Positions 48,563 to 60,199 of a DNA stretch of 64,000 nt are shown here, in pieces. The position numbers and the translations under genes are program-made. This DNA is from Lepidodermella squamata (lineage: Eukaryota; Animalia; Gastrotricha): contig JBLDXI010000042.1 of NCBI GenBank assembly GCA_047495785.1, positions 4,526,001 through 4,590,000 on the forward strand, written 5' to 3'. The notes under the pieces were generated by a model. It did no database searches. It saw nothing but the letters and a program-made list of their open reading frames with translations, and had not been told where the DNA came from. Within the stretch, counting starts at the first letter, position 1, and the number at the start of each line of letters is the position of its first letter.

Positions 48563-49957
48563 TTATGTCGTCATTTTCACAATGTAATAGCTGTCGACGA
48601 TTATCGCAATCAAAATAACAGCTCCTACCATGATGCAATCCAAAAACCGGCCAGTCCTTACAAAAGATTTGAATCGAACTTCTTTCGATGCATCATTTTG
48701 GGCATCTGTGTTGCGATCCACATCAGCGTAGATGAGAGACGTTAAAATCTGGTAGAAGGTTAGCACCAGAGATATTATGAATTTTTCTGAAACAAGGTTA
48801 ACGAGGTAAACCGTCTCCGAAGTCTGGGGAATACGATCGAAAACCGAGGCCATGACTACGGCGTAAGCCAGTACGATAGTAACACTGAAGCTTACGCGAT
48901 CCATTCCACTAGGAGGCATCAGCATACTAGCCAACTGCATTACGTACAATGCGTATACCGGCAGAAAAATGCTCATGTAGTAGTAGTGGGGTCTCCGAAC
49001 AAATTTGATGTTGAATTTGATGCGCTGTAATGTAACATCGTCAGTTCCTGATAGATTTAAAACTTCTGCTGGCATTAGGCGATCCAGTGCCCATATGTCT
49101 GTATCACCAATGAAGCTGTCTTTTGCTGGAATGTCTATTTCAAAATTCCAGACTTCCGAAATCAATGCTGTGTTGTCATAGTAACTATCCAAAATGATTC
49201 CGCACACCAATGTGTCGAACGGAAATTTCTGGAAGGAGAAATCTCCACATGTATTGTCGTACCTTCCCGTAGCCAAGTACATGGCTAATTTGTAGGAAAA
49301 AGGATAAATCCATACGTAACGATCAGATTGCCTGGTGGTTAAACAAAAAATATAATGCATAAGAGTTCAACTGTTGTGCTTACGTTTCGATTGATCTGGG
49401 CAGGATGAAAGCGTTTTGGTGGACATAACTTGGATACCTAAATATATGCAGTATATAGCTACAAAATTAATAATGATTTCACTACTGCAATACCATGTTT
49501 CCTCGAACGGAATCGGAAAAGATAGCGTGAATGATTTTGTATTATTTCTAGTGCAATAGTCCGAGTCTTCTCCTAGCAGACGGGTGCAGTTTAGTTTTGG
49601 GCACGGATAATCCCAGTGAAACCTGAAAGCAGCCCAAAGCGACAATCTGTCTTCCAATTATCAACAAGTTATCATCAACTGTTTATGGCTTTGCTATTAC
49701 CTCTGGTCTTTGTCGTTAATTTCTATCATTCGAACCAGTTGCAAAGAAACTGAGACTGTGATGGGTCCGCCTCCGTTTCTAAGTAACCAATCAGCATGTA
49801 ACGTTCGCGTCGTGACTTCTGGACACGAGTTGATAACATTTCTCTTTAAGATCTCCGACTGAAGAGAGCTTATCGGCGTAATGATCGGTAACGTTGTCGC
49901 AACTGCTTGGCTTGCAAGCCAAGTGCTCATCAAAATTTCAGCTAAAAAGAAAAACAT
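48563..49957 (-). CDS. Divergent Cys-loop ligand-gated channel, copy 4
   Basis: Four-exon paralog with intact splice sites. Confidence 0.88.
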
Positions 49958-50846
49958 TTCTTCACTCTTGACTTACTCTTGACAGCAAAATTGCTCGACT
50001 ATTGTAGCTTTAGCATTAACCGCAGCTGAAATAACGCGAAAATTTAGCCAAATACATTCCTGTAGGTCATGTAGATGATAAGAATGATAGGTAGCTTTTA
50101 ATGACGTAAGCCAGTGTTTGCTTGATCAACGCACTTTTTCGATCACAACTCGCGTTAGCAGCTGTTTACTTTGAAAAGAAGAAAGAATAATCTTGACGCA
50201 TTCTTTAGCAAACTGAATGATTTTCAAAAAAATATTATTAACTTTGTGTTGGATGAGAATTATGCCTATAATTTACAACTTCCAGCGTGAAGCGTGAATT
50301 TAGGCCATCAAAGTCGTGGGATTTCAAGCCCCCAAACCCCAAATGAGAGTTTAATTATTTTTCCCCCGAATTCATGTCGCGTGCCGGAATTCGGAGGATA
50401 GCAGACCTAAATACCATTTTTAATTTCGCATTTGGTTATATCGTTGTAAACAGGTGAACAAGCTCAATCCTACATTCGAAATACATATTTCTTCGGCTTC
50501 AAATCGCTATCGACTCGGCTTTAATTGACTACTTGAATAACGGTCGTTCATCCGGGCTTCACCCACAACCCCCGGTTTATGCCTTTGTAGCGAATCGCTC
50601 GTGTCAGTATTGATGTTTTGTACAGGTTAATAGAGACATTGCTCCAACAGAAACGTATCGACGGAAATTTTTATTGCAAATTATTAATTTTAAAGACACA
50701 CTAATCTAAGGATTTCTGTGTCAAATCATAAGAAAGGAAGCGAGCAACTACAACGGAGATTATCAAAAGAAAGCATACAACAAGCAAGAATCACACAGGT
50801 ATCATTTGAATGGGTATAATGTGCAAATTCCTCAGTTATTCAGGTT

Positions 50847-52247
50847 TTATGTCGTCATTTTGACAATGTAATAGCTGTCGACGATTATCACAATCAAAAT
50901 AACAGCTCCCGCCATGATGCAATCCAAAAACCGACCCGTCCTCGCGAAAGATTTGAATCGAACTTCATTAGATGCATCATTTTGGGCATCGGTGTTGCGA
51001 TCCACATCAGCGTAGATGAGAGACGTTAAAATCTGGTAGAAGGTTAGCACCAGAGATATTATGAATTTTTCTGAAACAAGGTTAACGAGGTAAACCGTCT
51101 CCGAAGTTTGAGGAATGCGATCGAAAACCGAGGCCATGACTACAGCGTAAGCCAGGACGATGGTAACACTGAAGCTGACTCGTTCCATTCCACTAGGAGG
51201 CATCAGCATACTAGCCAACTGCATTACGTACAATGCGTATACCGGCAGAAAAATGCTCATGTAGAAGTAGTAGGGCTTCCGAACAAATTTGATGTTGAAT
51301 TTGATGCGCTGCATGGTAAAATTGTCTGCTCCTGTTAAATTTAGAACTTCAGCTGGCATCAGGCGATCCAGCGCCCATATGTCTGTATCTCCAATGAAGC
51401 TGTCGCGAGCTGGAATATCTATTTCAAAAGCTGAGACATCCGATATCAGTACTGTGGTGTCCACGTAACAATCTAAGACGATCCCGCACACCAATGTGTC
51501 GAAAGGAAATTTCTGGAAAGAGAAATCATCACATGAATTGTCGTATCTTCCTACTGCCAAATAGTTTGCCACTGGATCTCCAAGTGGGGTTATCCCTACG
51601 TAACCTTCAGATTGCCTGGTTTAGAACAAAACTCATACAGTCAAAAGAACAAAATGCATGAGTATATGCTTACGTTTCAATTGCCTTGGGCAGGATGAAA
51701 GCGTTTTGATGGACATAACGTGGATGCCTATACAATTATACACGAGCTATAGCTAAAAAATTCATGACTTAAGTAATTTAATACCATGTTTCCCCGAACG
51801 GAATGTTAAAATACAGCGTAAATGGTTTGGTGTCATCCCTTGAGCAATAGTTCGAAGCCTCTCCCATCAGCTGAGTGCAGTTAAGTTTAGGGCACGAATA
51901 ATCCCAGGTAAAGCTGAAAGTAGCCCAGAGCGACAATCTGTCTTCCAATTACTAACAAGCTGTCCTCAACTATTTATAGGGTTTAGTCATTACCTCTCGT
52001 CTTTATCGTTGATTTCTATCATCCGAACCAGTTGTAAAGAAGTGTAGACATGTAGTGGTACGCCTCCACTCGTAAGTAACCAATCAGTAGGTAGCGTTAG
52101 CGACGTGACTTCCGGACATGAGTTGATAAAAGTTCGTTTTAGGATCTCTGATTGAAGAGAGCTATTAGGCACAATATTCGGTAACGTTATCGCAACTGAT
52201 TGGCTTGCAAGCCAAGCGCTCAGCAAAATGTTTGCTGAAAAGAACAT
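50847..52247 (-). CDS. Divergent Cys-loop ligand-gated channel, copy 5
   Basis: Four-exon paralog; M2 is MERVSFSVTIVLAY. Confidence 0.88.
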
Positions 52248-53540
52248 TCTTTTACCAGCTTACTTACAGCAAAATTTCTTGACTATGTATTGTAATGTAT
52301 GGCTTTGTCGATATGGACAGCTGAAATAACGCGAAGGTATCTAGCCAAAGGCATTTCTTGCAGTTCGTAAAGAAGATAACAATGACGATAGCTTGCTGAC
52401 GTAAGCCTTTTTGCTCGATCAACACACCTTCACGTTCCCTAGTCGCGTGTAACAGCTTGTTAGATCGTTTTTGTAAGAAAAGAAGAACTACTCTTAAGCT
52501 GAACTTTCAAAAAGTATTCAAAATTGTGTGTTGGATGAAAATTATGCCTATTTATTTTTTTATTTTTTTAAAAGCCATATCGCCCAGAAGAGGGCAGTTT
52601 AGCAAGTTGAATGAAAGAGAAACATATAATTCCAGGACAGGTTGCAGAGGAAAGGACAATTCAGATGACACCAAATCTTGGAAAGTGCGATGTAGAAAAT
52701 CCAACAACAGAATCAGACACAACAAATTTAGCAAAAATACAAAACATAACTATTGACTATGGTTGTGTGGCATTGCTGGCATTGCTGGCATTGAAATGTG
52801 CGTAGGCGGCTTCGGGACACACCTTTGCAGACTGCGCGTCGTGAACGATCGATGGCATTTGATTCCACAGATGCGGGCCCCTGTACGACAGGCTCAGCTG
52901 GCCGCGCACGGTCGTGAAGGTCGGTTTGAACATTGGCTCGAAATTGCGCCAGATATAGCCGTGGCTGCGATCGTTCAATTTGAACATCGACTTTAAGTCA
53001 CCCGGCGCCATCTCATGTAGGCTCTTCCATGTGCATAGGAGTACCGCATGTTTCTGGTTGACAGTAAGCCATCTAAGTTAATGCCGAAGCGGAGCCGGAT
53101 CTGCCAAAGGATGAGCGCTGAGGGGTTTTTTTTTATTCGCAACACTTCGAACAGTACATACTGTATTTTGTGTATTATCGTTCGAAAATAGCACTTTCTA
53201 CAAAAAATACTGTAATTTCTACGCGTTCGAAAATGCACTGTTTTTTCTATGGTATAAAGTGTATTTTTTCTGTACATAATTATCGAAACTGTATAAAATT
53301 GTATTTCATGGTCGATTCTCCGTCACTCGCTGAAGCCTTAAATTTTCACACTTTTAAAGATTTTTCATTCAACCCAACGGCATTTATCATAAACAACGCT
53401 TTAAAAAGAATGGCTCTTTGTTAATTCTTTTCTTTATTTGTCACAACATCGGATGAATATCACACGTGTAATCACAGCAGGTATTGATAAAAATTCGCAA
53501 AATATTCTGAAAATCTGCTCATCACTCATCGTCGGCGTAT

Positions 53541-54770
53541 TCAAAGCTCATTGCAGAGCAAAAACCGCTTGAATTCACCATCAGTGTCGTCCGCCAAGTC
53601 CTCTGCAACAACTGCCTGGTCACCAGAAACTTCTTCGCGAACATCAGCTCGGTCGTTAACAACCTGCCGTTCAGCAAGAGCTGGATCGGGAACAAAAAAG
53701 TCTTCCCCGTCGTCTAGACAAATATTGTGCAGGACACAGGCTGCTGCTAACTGATAGGCAGCACGTTTGATGTCCGTATATTCAGACATTTTTAAGAATC
53801 GGCGAAAGCGACCCTTAAGTATGCCAAAGGCATGCTCAATGCAAACCCTCGCCTTACTTAAGAGACGGTTGAAGGAGGTTCGCTTCTCTCGGTCTTCCTT
53901 CAAATCGGCTTCTTTGAATGGGGCCATCAAGTGTAGGAGAACGGGATAAGCACTATCTCCTGTTAAATGGTGCTTGTTGCTGGGAAAAAACGTTTTAGGA
54001 TCGTTTCGTATCGCTTCCTTTAGCAGCGATTCATTGTAAACACGCCGATCGCCGCAGGAGCCAGGGTAACCAATAAACACATCGATGAAACGACCACGGT
54101 CGTCAGCAACAGCCTGCATATGCAGTGAGCACTGCTTCTTGTAACTGGTGTAAACATGTCCTTGATTCGTAGGCGCGGATATTTGAATGTGAGTCCCATC
54201 TATTGCTCCTACGAAGCCAGAAAACCCGGTTTTTTCGTACACGCGATTTGTAATTTCATCGATTTCAGCATGATTTGGCCATCGTATGAAACGACTTTGA
54301 AACCTGGATAGACCACGACAGACTTTGTATACATCATTACAAACGGTCGAAGTAGCAACATTCCATTTGTCACCAATAGCTGCTAGGGTTTCGTTCGTAC
54401 CAAGATATCGAAGTACCATCAATACCTTAGCATGCGGTGGTAACGGAGGCCGCCCACGTCGGCGTTTGGCTAAATTGGAGATGATTATTCCTTGTTTGAC
54501 GAGAAAATTGGTCAGCTGCTCAGCTTTTCGACGAGTCATTCGAAAATGCAGGATAAAGTCGTCTGGATCATAGTTGGGAACTACCCTTTCATAATAGCCA
54601 AGGACACGGTAATGTTTACGCCGCTGCCTCTTCGTCTGTAATGCCTCAGAAATCAGACCAGCTGGCGCACAAGATCCCAGGAAATAACTAGCCGCCATGA
54701 ATAGCGCTATGGGATTCATTATGAATAATGCTTGGTAAAATGAACCTAAACATAAAAATATACACCTCAT
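53541..54770 (-). CDS. Harbinger DDE transposase (HARBI1-like)
   Basis: FRMTR, GAIDGTHI, GDSAYP, IEHAFGILKGRF and ACVLHN motifs. The exact start is uncertain. Confidence 0.92.
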   Translation of the reverse strand: MRCIFLCLGSFYQALFIMNPIALFMAASYFLGSCAPAGLISEALQTKRQRRKHYRVLGYYERVVPNYDPDDFILHFRMTRRKAEQLTNFLVKQGIIISNLAKRRRGRPPLPPHAKVLMVLRYLGTNETLAAIGDKWNVATSTVCNDVYKVCRGLSRFQSRFIRWPNHAEIDEITNRVYEKTGFSGFVGAIDGTHIQISAPTNQGHVYTSYKKQCSLHMQAVADDRGRFIDVFIGYPGSCGDRRVYNESLLKEAIRNDPKTFFPSNKHHLTGDSAYPVLLHLMAPFKEADLKEDREKRTSFNRLLSKARVCIEHAFGILKGRFRRFLKMSEYTDIKRAAYQLAAACVLHNICLDDGEDFFVPDPALAERQVVNDRADVREEVSGDQAVVAEDLADDTDGEFKRFLLCNEL

Positions 54771-54863
54771 TTCTTATAGTTGTTGAGATTCAAACTCTCC
54801 CGCCTTTATTATCACTCGAATTGCTTCTAGGAAAACAGATCTTCTCATTCACGATTCAAAGAT

Positions 54864-55745
54864 TCAGCTATCAGGTTCCGGAATATCCGGAAGATCCAAA
54901 TCATCCTGAATAATGACAGTACGGGAACGCTTCGGAGTGCCCTGTTCGCTCGCTGCATTTTTTTCCAGTATCGCCAGAAGTTTATCGTATTGGTCCGCTC
55001 GGCGCTTTTCGATTTGTTTGAATTCCTCGAGAAAGCTTTGTTGAAAAGGGGTCATCTCCGGCTGCTTGGGTTTCTTTCGAGACTTCTTCTTTGACTGCGA
55101 CTCTTCCTCCTTATCCGACGCAAAGTCGTCATCGTCGTTGCGCACAACGCCACCTGGAGCCAGGTTTGCCAGAACAATCACGGGTTTGACGGAAGGGTCA
55201 TCTTCGTACAAATCTTTCAGCTGCTCATAAAATGGCGGTTCCTCGATTTCGTCGGCCTGAGAGCCAGTCCTGCTGGTTGCGGTGTTATAGCTTGTCAAAG
55301 AAGCTTTAAGGGCGAGAAGCTTCGACTTGACCTGTGGTCCGGTAACATTAACTCCGTTGGTTGACAATTCCCGGCCGATTTTATTATAGATCGGCATCGC
55401 CTTCATCTTCCCCTTGTCGATCATAGATTTTTTCGGCTTGAACAATGCAATCAGCTGCAACACCCGTTCATCGGTCCATTTTTTGTTATCATTCCCGTTA
55501 TTGCCAGAATTAGATTCTTCTTCAAAGTCATCGGCTTCTTTGGGTGACGATGAGACAGCTTGCTGCTTTTTCGAATTTTTCGGCGGCGGTTTAATGCGTG
55601 ATGCTTCGGCAGCTCTCTGCCTATCTTCCTCGTCGCAGTCAGACTGCGAAAACATAAGTATTTCTTGTTGAATCCATCCCTGCTCCGACGGCGTCCAGTA
55701 ATAGCCAGGCTGTGCTCGGCAAGGAGGGTTGCCAAATCTATACAT
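54864..55745 (-). CDS. Harbinger Myb/SANT-like DNA-binding protein
   Basis: KWTDERVLQLI...IGRELS...TGPQVKSK...PPFYEQL, located inside the TIRs. Confidence 0.8.
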   Translation of the reverse strand: MYRFGNPPCRAQPGYYWTPSEQGWIQQEILMFSQSDCDEEDRQRAAEASRIKPPPKNSKKQQAVSSSPKEADDFEEESNSGNNGNDNKKWTDERVLQLIALFKPKKSMIDKGKMKAMPIYNKIGRELSTNGVNVTGPQVKSKLLALKASLTSYNTATSRTGSQADEIEEPPFYEQLKDLYEDDPSVKPVIVLANLAPGGVVRNDDDDFASDKEEESQSKKKSRKKPKQPEMTPFQQSFLEEFKQIEKRRADQYDKLLAILEKNAASEQGTPKRSRTVIIQDDLDLPDIPEPDS

Positions 55746-56268
55746 ATTGAAGAAATGGAATCCTAAATGGCTAAAAATACCAATACATCACTAGATAACA
55801 ACGATCATAACATCAAAACTAACTATCAAAACTCATTAGTTTTCAACTTATGAGTGATGTTGTAATTGCGCGCGCACGTGTTTTTATGAGGAAGAACTTG
55901 ACTTCGTTTCAGGCGGATTTATTAACGGCTTAAATTATAAGCCAAAATAGCAGTGTGTGGTTCGTCTCCTCCTGTGGTCAAGCCATTTTTTTCTTCTTAT
56001 TTTCGCCCCGGCATTTTTTATGCGCACAAGAAGCCCCATTTCTACACTTTGCACACTTTTTCTGCCTGTATTATTTGCAGGAAAAATAGGGCTGTATTTT
56101 CTGTATTTTTTATTCGAATCCGTAGAAAATACAGGAGAAATACAGTATTTCTGTAGCGAATTTTCGAATGCAACAAACTGTAGCTGTAGCTGTATTTTCT
56201 GTTGCGAATAAAAAAAAACCCCTCTGTAGATTATTTTGATGGCTCGATCTTGGGACGATTTCAGCTTG

Positions 56269-56606
56269 CATTGTGTGACCACTTAAAAGTCCAATCCAAT
56301 GCGCACGCTGATTGGTCAATTGATTGTTGCTATGACTCCCGGATGAAACGTTCTGCCGTGCGATCCATAAGATTTTTTGCAACAAGTGTTTTTTGCCGCA
56401 GCAATTTACCACGATTAATATGGAGTTTACGCTCGTGGTCAATGGAAACCGGGCAGAGGGTGTGGCAAGGTCATTTTTTTCATAAATATAAAATAATTTA
56501 TTAGTGGATCGCACGACGGAAATGTTTCATTCCGGAGTCATTAGCGACGATAACTTGACCAATCAGCGTGCGCGCCAAGGTTCAACTTACCAGTGGTTCC
56601 ACCATG
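56269..56606. mobile_element. MITE related to the 22769-23069 element
   Basis: Inverted repeats GCGCACGCTGATTGGTCA...GTGCGATCCA with a CATTGTG terminus. It interrupts the LINE ORF between STRD and KLK. Confidence 0.7.
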
Positions 56607-57936
56607 TTCCTGTCGCGAGTCGACTTTGAGGCTTGCCCAAGGGTAATGTCCCCATAATTCAGGTGACTGACAACGAGACCATTGGTCATCTTGACGGCAG
56701 TTTTGCGATCAACTCCAGCATCGACAGTTTGTTTGAGAGCAAACAAGCCCTTTCGAGCCTTGCCCTTCGCCATCTCGACTGTTCGTCGAATAAGAGCTTA
56801 TTGTCAATACGGAAGCCGAGCGCGTTCATAGATTCAGACGGCCTATTCGCAACGCCACCGATTGACCGTGAAGTCGGGCGCTGTCGAAAGGTGCGGCTTG
56901 AGCAGCATAAACTGCGATTTTTTGCCATTTACCGCCAGGCTGTTCTGCTTCAGCCATGCGCACAACCTGTTGAGTTCCAGTTGTAGAACAGCCTGTAGTT
57001 CGTTGATGTTTTTCGAACCAAAGAAAATGGTAACGTCGTCAGCGTATTGAGCTATGCCGCATCGGCTCAAGATCAGGGGAAGATCGTTGACATAGATCGC
57101 GAACATAAGAGGCCCCAAGACTGACCCTTGTGGCACACCGCATACAACCGACTCGAGCGGGGATGATTCGCCATTGATTTTGGTGTTTGCTTAAATAACT
57201 CATCATCAAGCGAATAGAGTGTTCTGTTAGGCCAGCGCTTCGAAGTGATTCTAGGATACCCTCGTGCGTATCGAAGCGTGAATACAGTGGGATTGCAAGC
57301 CCACATATTAGGGTCCAACTTATCCCCGAATTAATTACTCGTGCCGGAATTCGGGGATAGAAGGATTAAACTCATGCTTTTTTCAAGGTTGACCAAAGCC
57401 CGGCAGCCCGAATGCGGCGCTGAACAACAGCGCTGGTTCCCTTTGCTCTACGCCGTGCGCGGGTCAACACCTTGGCCGGCCCGTGTGCGGTGAAACGTGA
57501 TTCTTTCGAATTTGTTAAATTTACTGTAAACGTCGCATACAGGCATGTTTAAAGCAGCCCGAGTGCGGAACGGCAAATCAATGTTACCCGTCTGCGCACA
57601 GGCCGAAATCGGGCTCGGGCTTTTTTATTTCGAAAATGTGGGCCGATTGCACAAAATCAGCAGATTTGGCGATAATTACTGCGTACTGTTTGGCCAAATG
57701 TTGGCGTTACTCGCGAAATTCGCGCTTTAAAAGGGGAGACAACATGACTTTTTATGAAAGATATTTTTAGTCATTGAAGACACTTGATCAACATTATTTC
57801 TGAGTCAATCAAAGAAGCTAATAAAGGCGGAAAAACTGCGCTGAGGATAATCGAAAATGAAAGGATAAAACGAAAGTATTACACAGGTATCTTTTAAGAA
57901 ATTAATGTCATATTCGCCAGTTTTAACATTGAGGAT

Positions 57937-59317
57937 TTACGTCGTCATTTTCACAATATAATAGCTGTCGACGATTATCACAATCAAAATAACAGCTCCC
58001 GCCATGATGCAATCCAAAAACCGACCCGTCCTCGCGAAAGATTTGAATCGAACTTCATTAGATGCATCATTTTGGGCATCGGTGTTGCTATCCACATCAG
58101 CGTAGATGACAGAGGTTAAAATCTGGTAGAAGGTTAGCACCAGAGATATTATGAATTTTTCTGAAATTAGGTTAACGAGATAAACCGTCTCCGAAGTTTG
58201 GGGAATGCGATCGAAAACCGAGGCCATGACTACGGCGTACGACAGTACGATGGTAACACTGAAGCTGACTCGTTCCATTCCGCTGGGAGGCATCAGCATA
58301 CTAGCCAACTGCATGACATACAATGCGTAAACCGGCATAAAAATGCTCATATAGAAGTAGTAGGGCTTCCGAACAAATTTGATGTTGCATTTGATGCGCT
58401 GAAACATATCACCGCCAGTTCCAGATAGATTCAAAACTTCAGCTGGCATTAGGCGATCCAGCGCCCATATGTCTGTATCACCAATGAAGCTGTCTCTAGC
58501 CGGAATGTCTATTTCAAAATCCGAAACAGCCGAAGTTACTTGTGTGACGTCATAGTAACTATCCAAAATGATTCCGCACACCAATGTGTCGAAGGGAAAT
58601 TTCTGGAAGGAGAAATCTCCACATGTACTGTCGTATCTCCCTGCAACCAAGTACATGGCATCATATCCTTCTGTAAATGGAAAAACATATATGTCACGGC
58701 CAGATTGCCTGGATGAAACAAATATCATGCACAGTCGCTTGAGTTTGGCTGAGTATGCTTACGTTTCGATTGATCTTGGCACCATGAAAGCATTGTGATG
58801 GACATAACTTGGATACCTATGTAATTATGCAAAATAGTATATAGCCATATTTATCATACTACTGATTGCGATGATACCATATTTCCTTGAAGGGAATATG
58901 AAACATGAGTGTGAAGGGTTTTGTATCATTTCTACTGCAGTAGTCCGAGTCTTCTCCCAAAAGCTGGGTGCAGTTGAATTTTGGGCACGGATAATTCCAG
59001 AAAAAGCTGATAGCGGCCCAGAGCGACAATCTGTCTTCCAATTATCAAAAAACTACGTACGGTTTCATAATTACTTGCCTCTCGTCTTTATCGCTGATTT
59101 CTATCATTCGAACGAGTTGTATAGAAACGTTGATGTTGATTGGTCTGCCTCCGTTTCTAAGTAACGTATCAGCAGGTAACGATAGCGACGTAACTTCAGG
59201 ACAGGCGTTGGCAATCTTCCTTTTCAAGATCTCTGACTGCAGAGAGCTTTTTGGCACATTGGCTGCGTGGCTTGCCAGCCAAGTGCTCATCAAAATTGCA
59301 GCTATAGAGAAAAACAT
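57937..59317 (-). CDS. Divergent Cys-loop ligand-gated channel, copy 6 (intron 1 is GC-AG, 59031-59078)
   Basis: Four-exon paralog. Confidence 0.88.
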
Positions 59318-59477
59318 GTCACTCATACAACTAAATTCGTCGACTATTGTAATACTCAGTTTTTCAATATTCGCGCAGCTGAAATAACACATCTAAAATG
59401 CATGTATTGTAGATCTTGTAGATAGCTTGATAACGGTGGGCTTTAGTTTCGCCTTGCTCATGCTTGATGACGTAAGC

Positions 59478-60199
59478 CAGCGGTTCCCAAACTTTTCGTC
59501 TCATATGACACAGCAGTGTCTTATGAGAATGGCTCGTAGGACACTTTGATAAAATGACTATAATTTGGTTGGGATTTAGTGCAATTTTTTGAGCTGCAAA
59601 TCGATTGCTTGTTCAAATTGGTTTTTGATGGCAACCGAGCTCGAAATGTATAAAATCCCGGGTGAAATCCAAACTAAACGCGAGCGAAGCGAGGAAATTT
59701 TAAGAATTCGACACAGAAAAACGACGTATTACGTATAACATCTTAAAATGAGGCAATGCCTCGGGGTTTTCCCATAAATTCACTCATTAATAATGAAAAT
59801 TCAATTAATCATGTCGTAAGGTACAATCTGTACCGTGCTTAAATAACAAGGGACATAAGTCAGTTTTAAAAATTGATTCTATCTTTTATCGTCTCAGAGA
59901 TTCGGCCATACCATGCTTACGGCCATGTCACATGGAAAGCACCGGTTCCCGTCCGATCGGAGGTTTTCATAAAATATTTCATCAATAGGCAACTCGCGAG
60001 CAAAGCGAGCTTTAGCTGACGGTTTTTTAATTTGAGCCTGAAAATGATCCAAATTTGCCTTGTTTCTTAGAGTGGATCTATGTTGGTCCTTTTGTCATTT
60101 TGAGGCCGATAGGACACCATAGTGTCCTACAGGACACTTGAAAGTTTGCTTAGTACACGAGTGTCCTATAGGACACGGGACACGGTTTGGGAAACGCTG
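59478..60199. mobile_element. hAT-type non-autonomous element
   Basis: TIRs CAGCGGTTCCCAAAC / GTTTGGGAAACGCTG with an 8-bp TSD ACGTAAGC and internal TAGGACAC repeats. The empty site TGACGTAAGCC is present upstream of channel copies 4 and 5. Confidence 0.9.
59915..59958 (+). pseudogene. 5S rRNA 5'-end-like fragment
   Basis: GCTTACGGCCATGTCACATGGAAAGCACCGGTTCCCGTCCGATC resembles roughly nt 1-45 of eukaryotic 5S rRNA. The rest of the gene is missing. Confidence 0.6.

Larger units (their letters stand above)
53121..56223 (-). mobile_element. Autonomous PIF/Harbinger DNA transposon
   Basis: TIRs AGGGGTTTTTTTTTATTCGCAAC, 3-bp CTG target duplication, subterminal CTGTATTT repeats and two intact ORFs. 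Confidence 0.93.
52757..57150 (-). mobile_element. Degenerate CR1/L2-like LINE 3' portion, split by a Harbinger and a MITE
   Basis: VPQGSVLGP and QYADD lie at 57140-57030. The C-terminal LRWLTV...SYRGPHLWNQMP lies at 53100-52800. Removing the Harbinger restores IKIIYSAHP. Confidence 0.85.

Noticed and set aside
43490-59390. Shared CAGCTGAAATAAC E-box upstream of channel copies 3-6 as a regulatory site
   Set aside because: The flanks are recent duplicates, so sharing does not demonstrate constraint.
59915-59958. Functional 5S rRNA gene
   Set aside because: Only about 44 nt are present, the internal promoter and 3' half are missing, and it lies inside a transposon.
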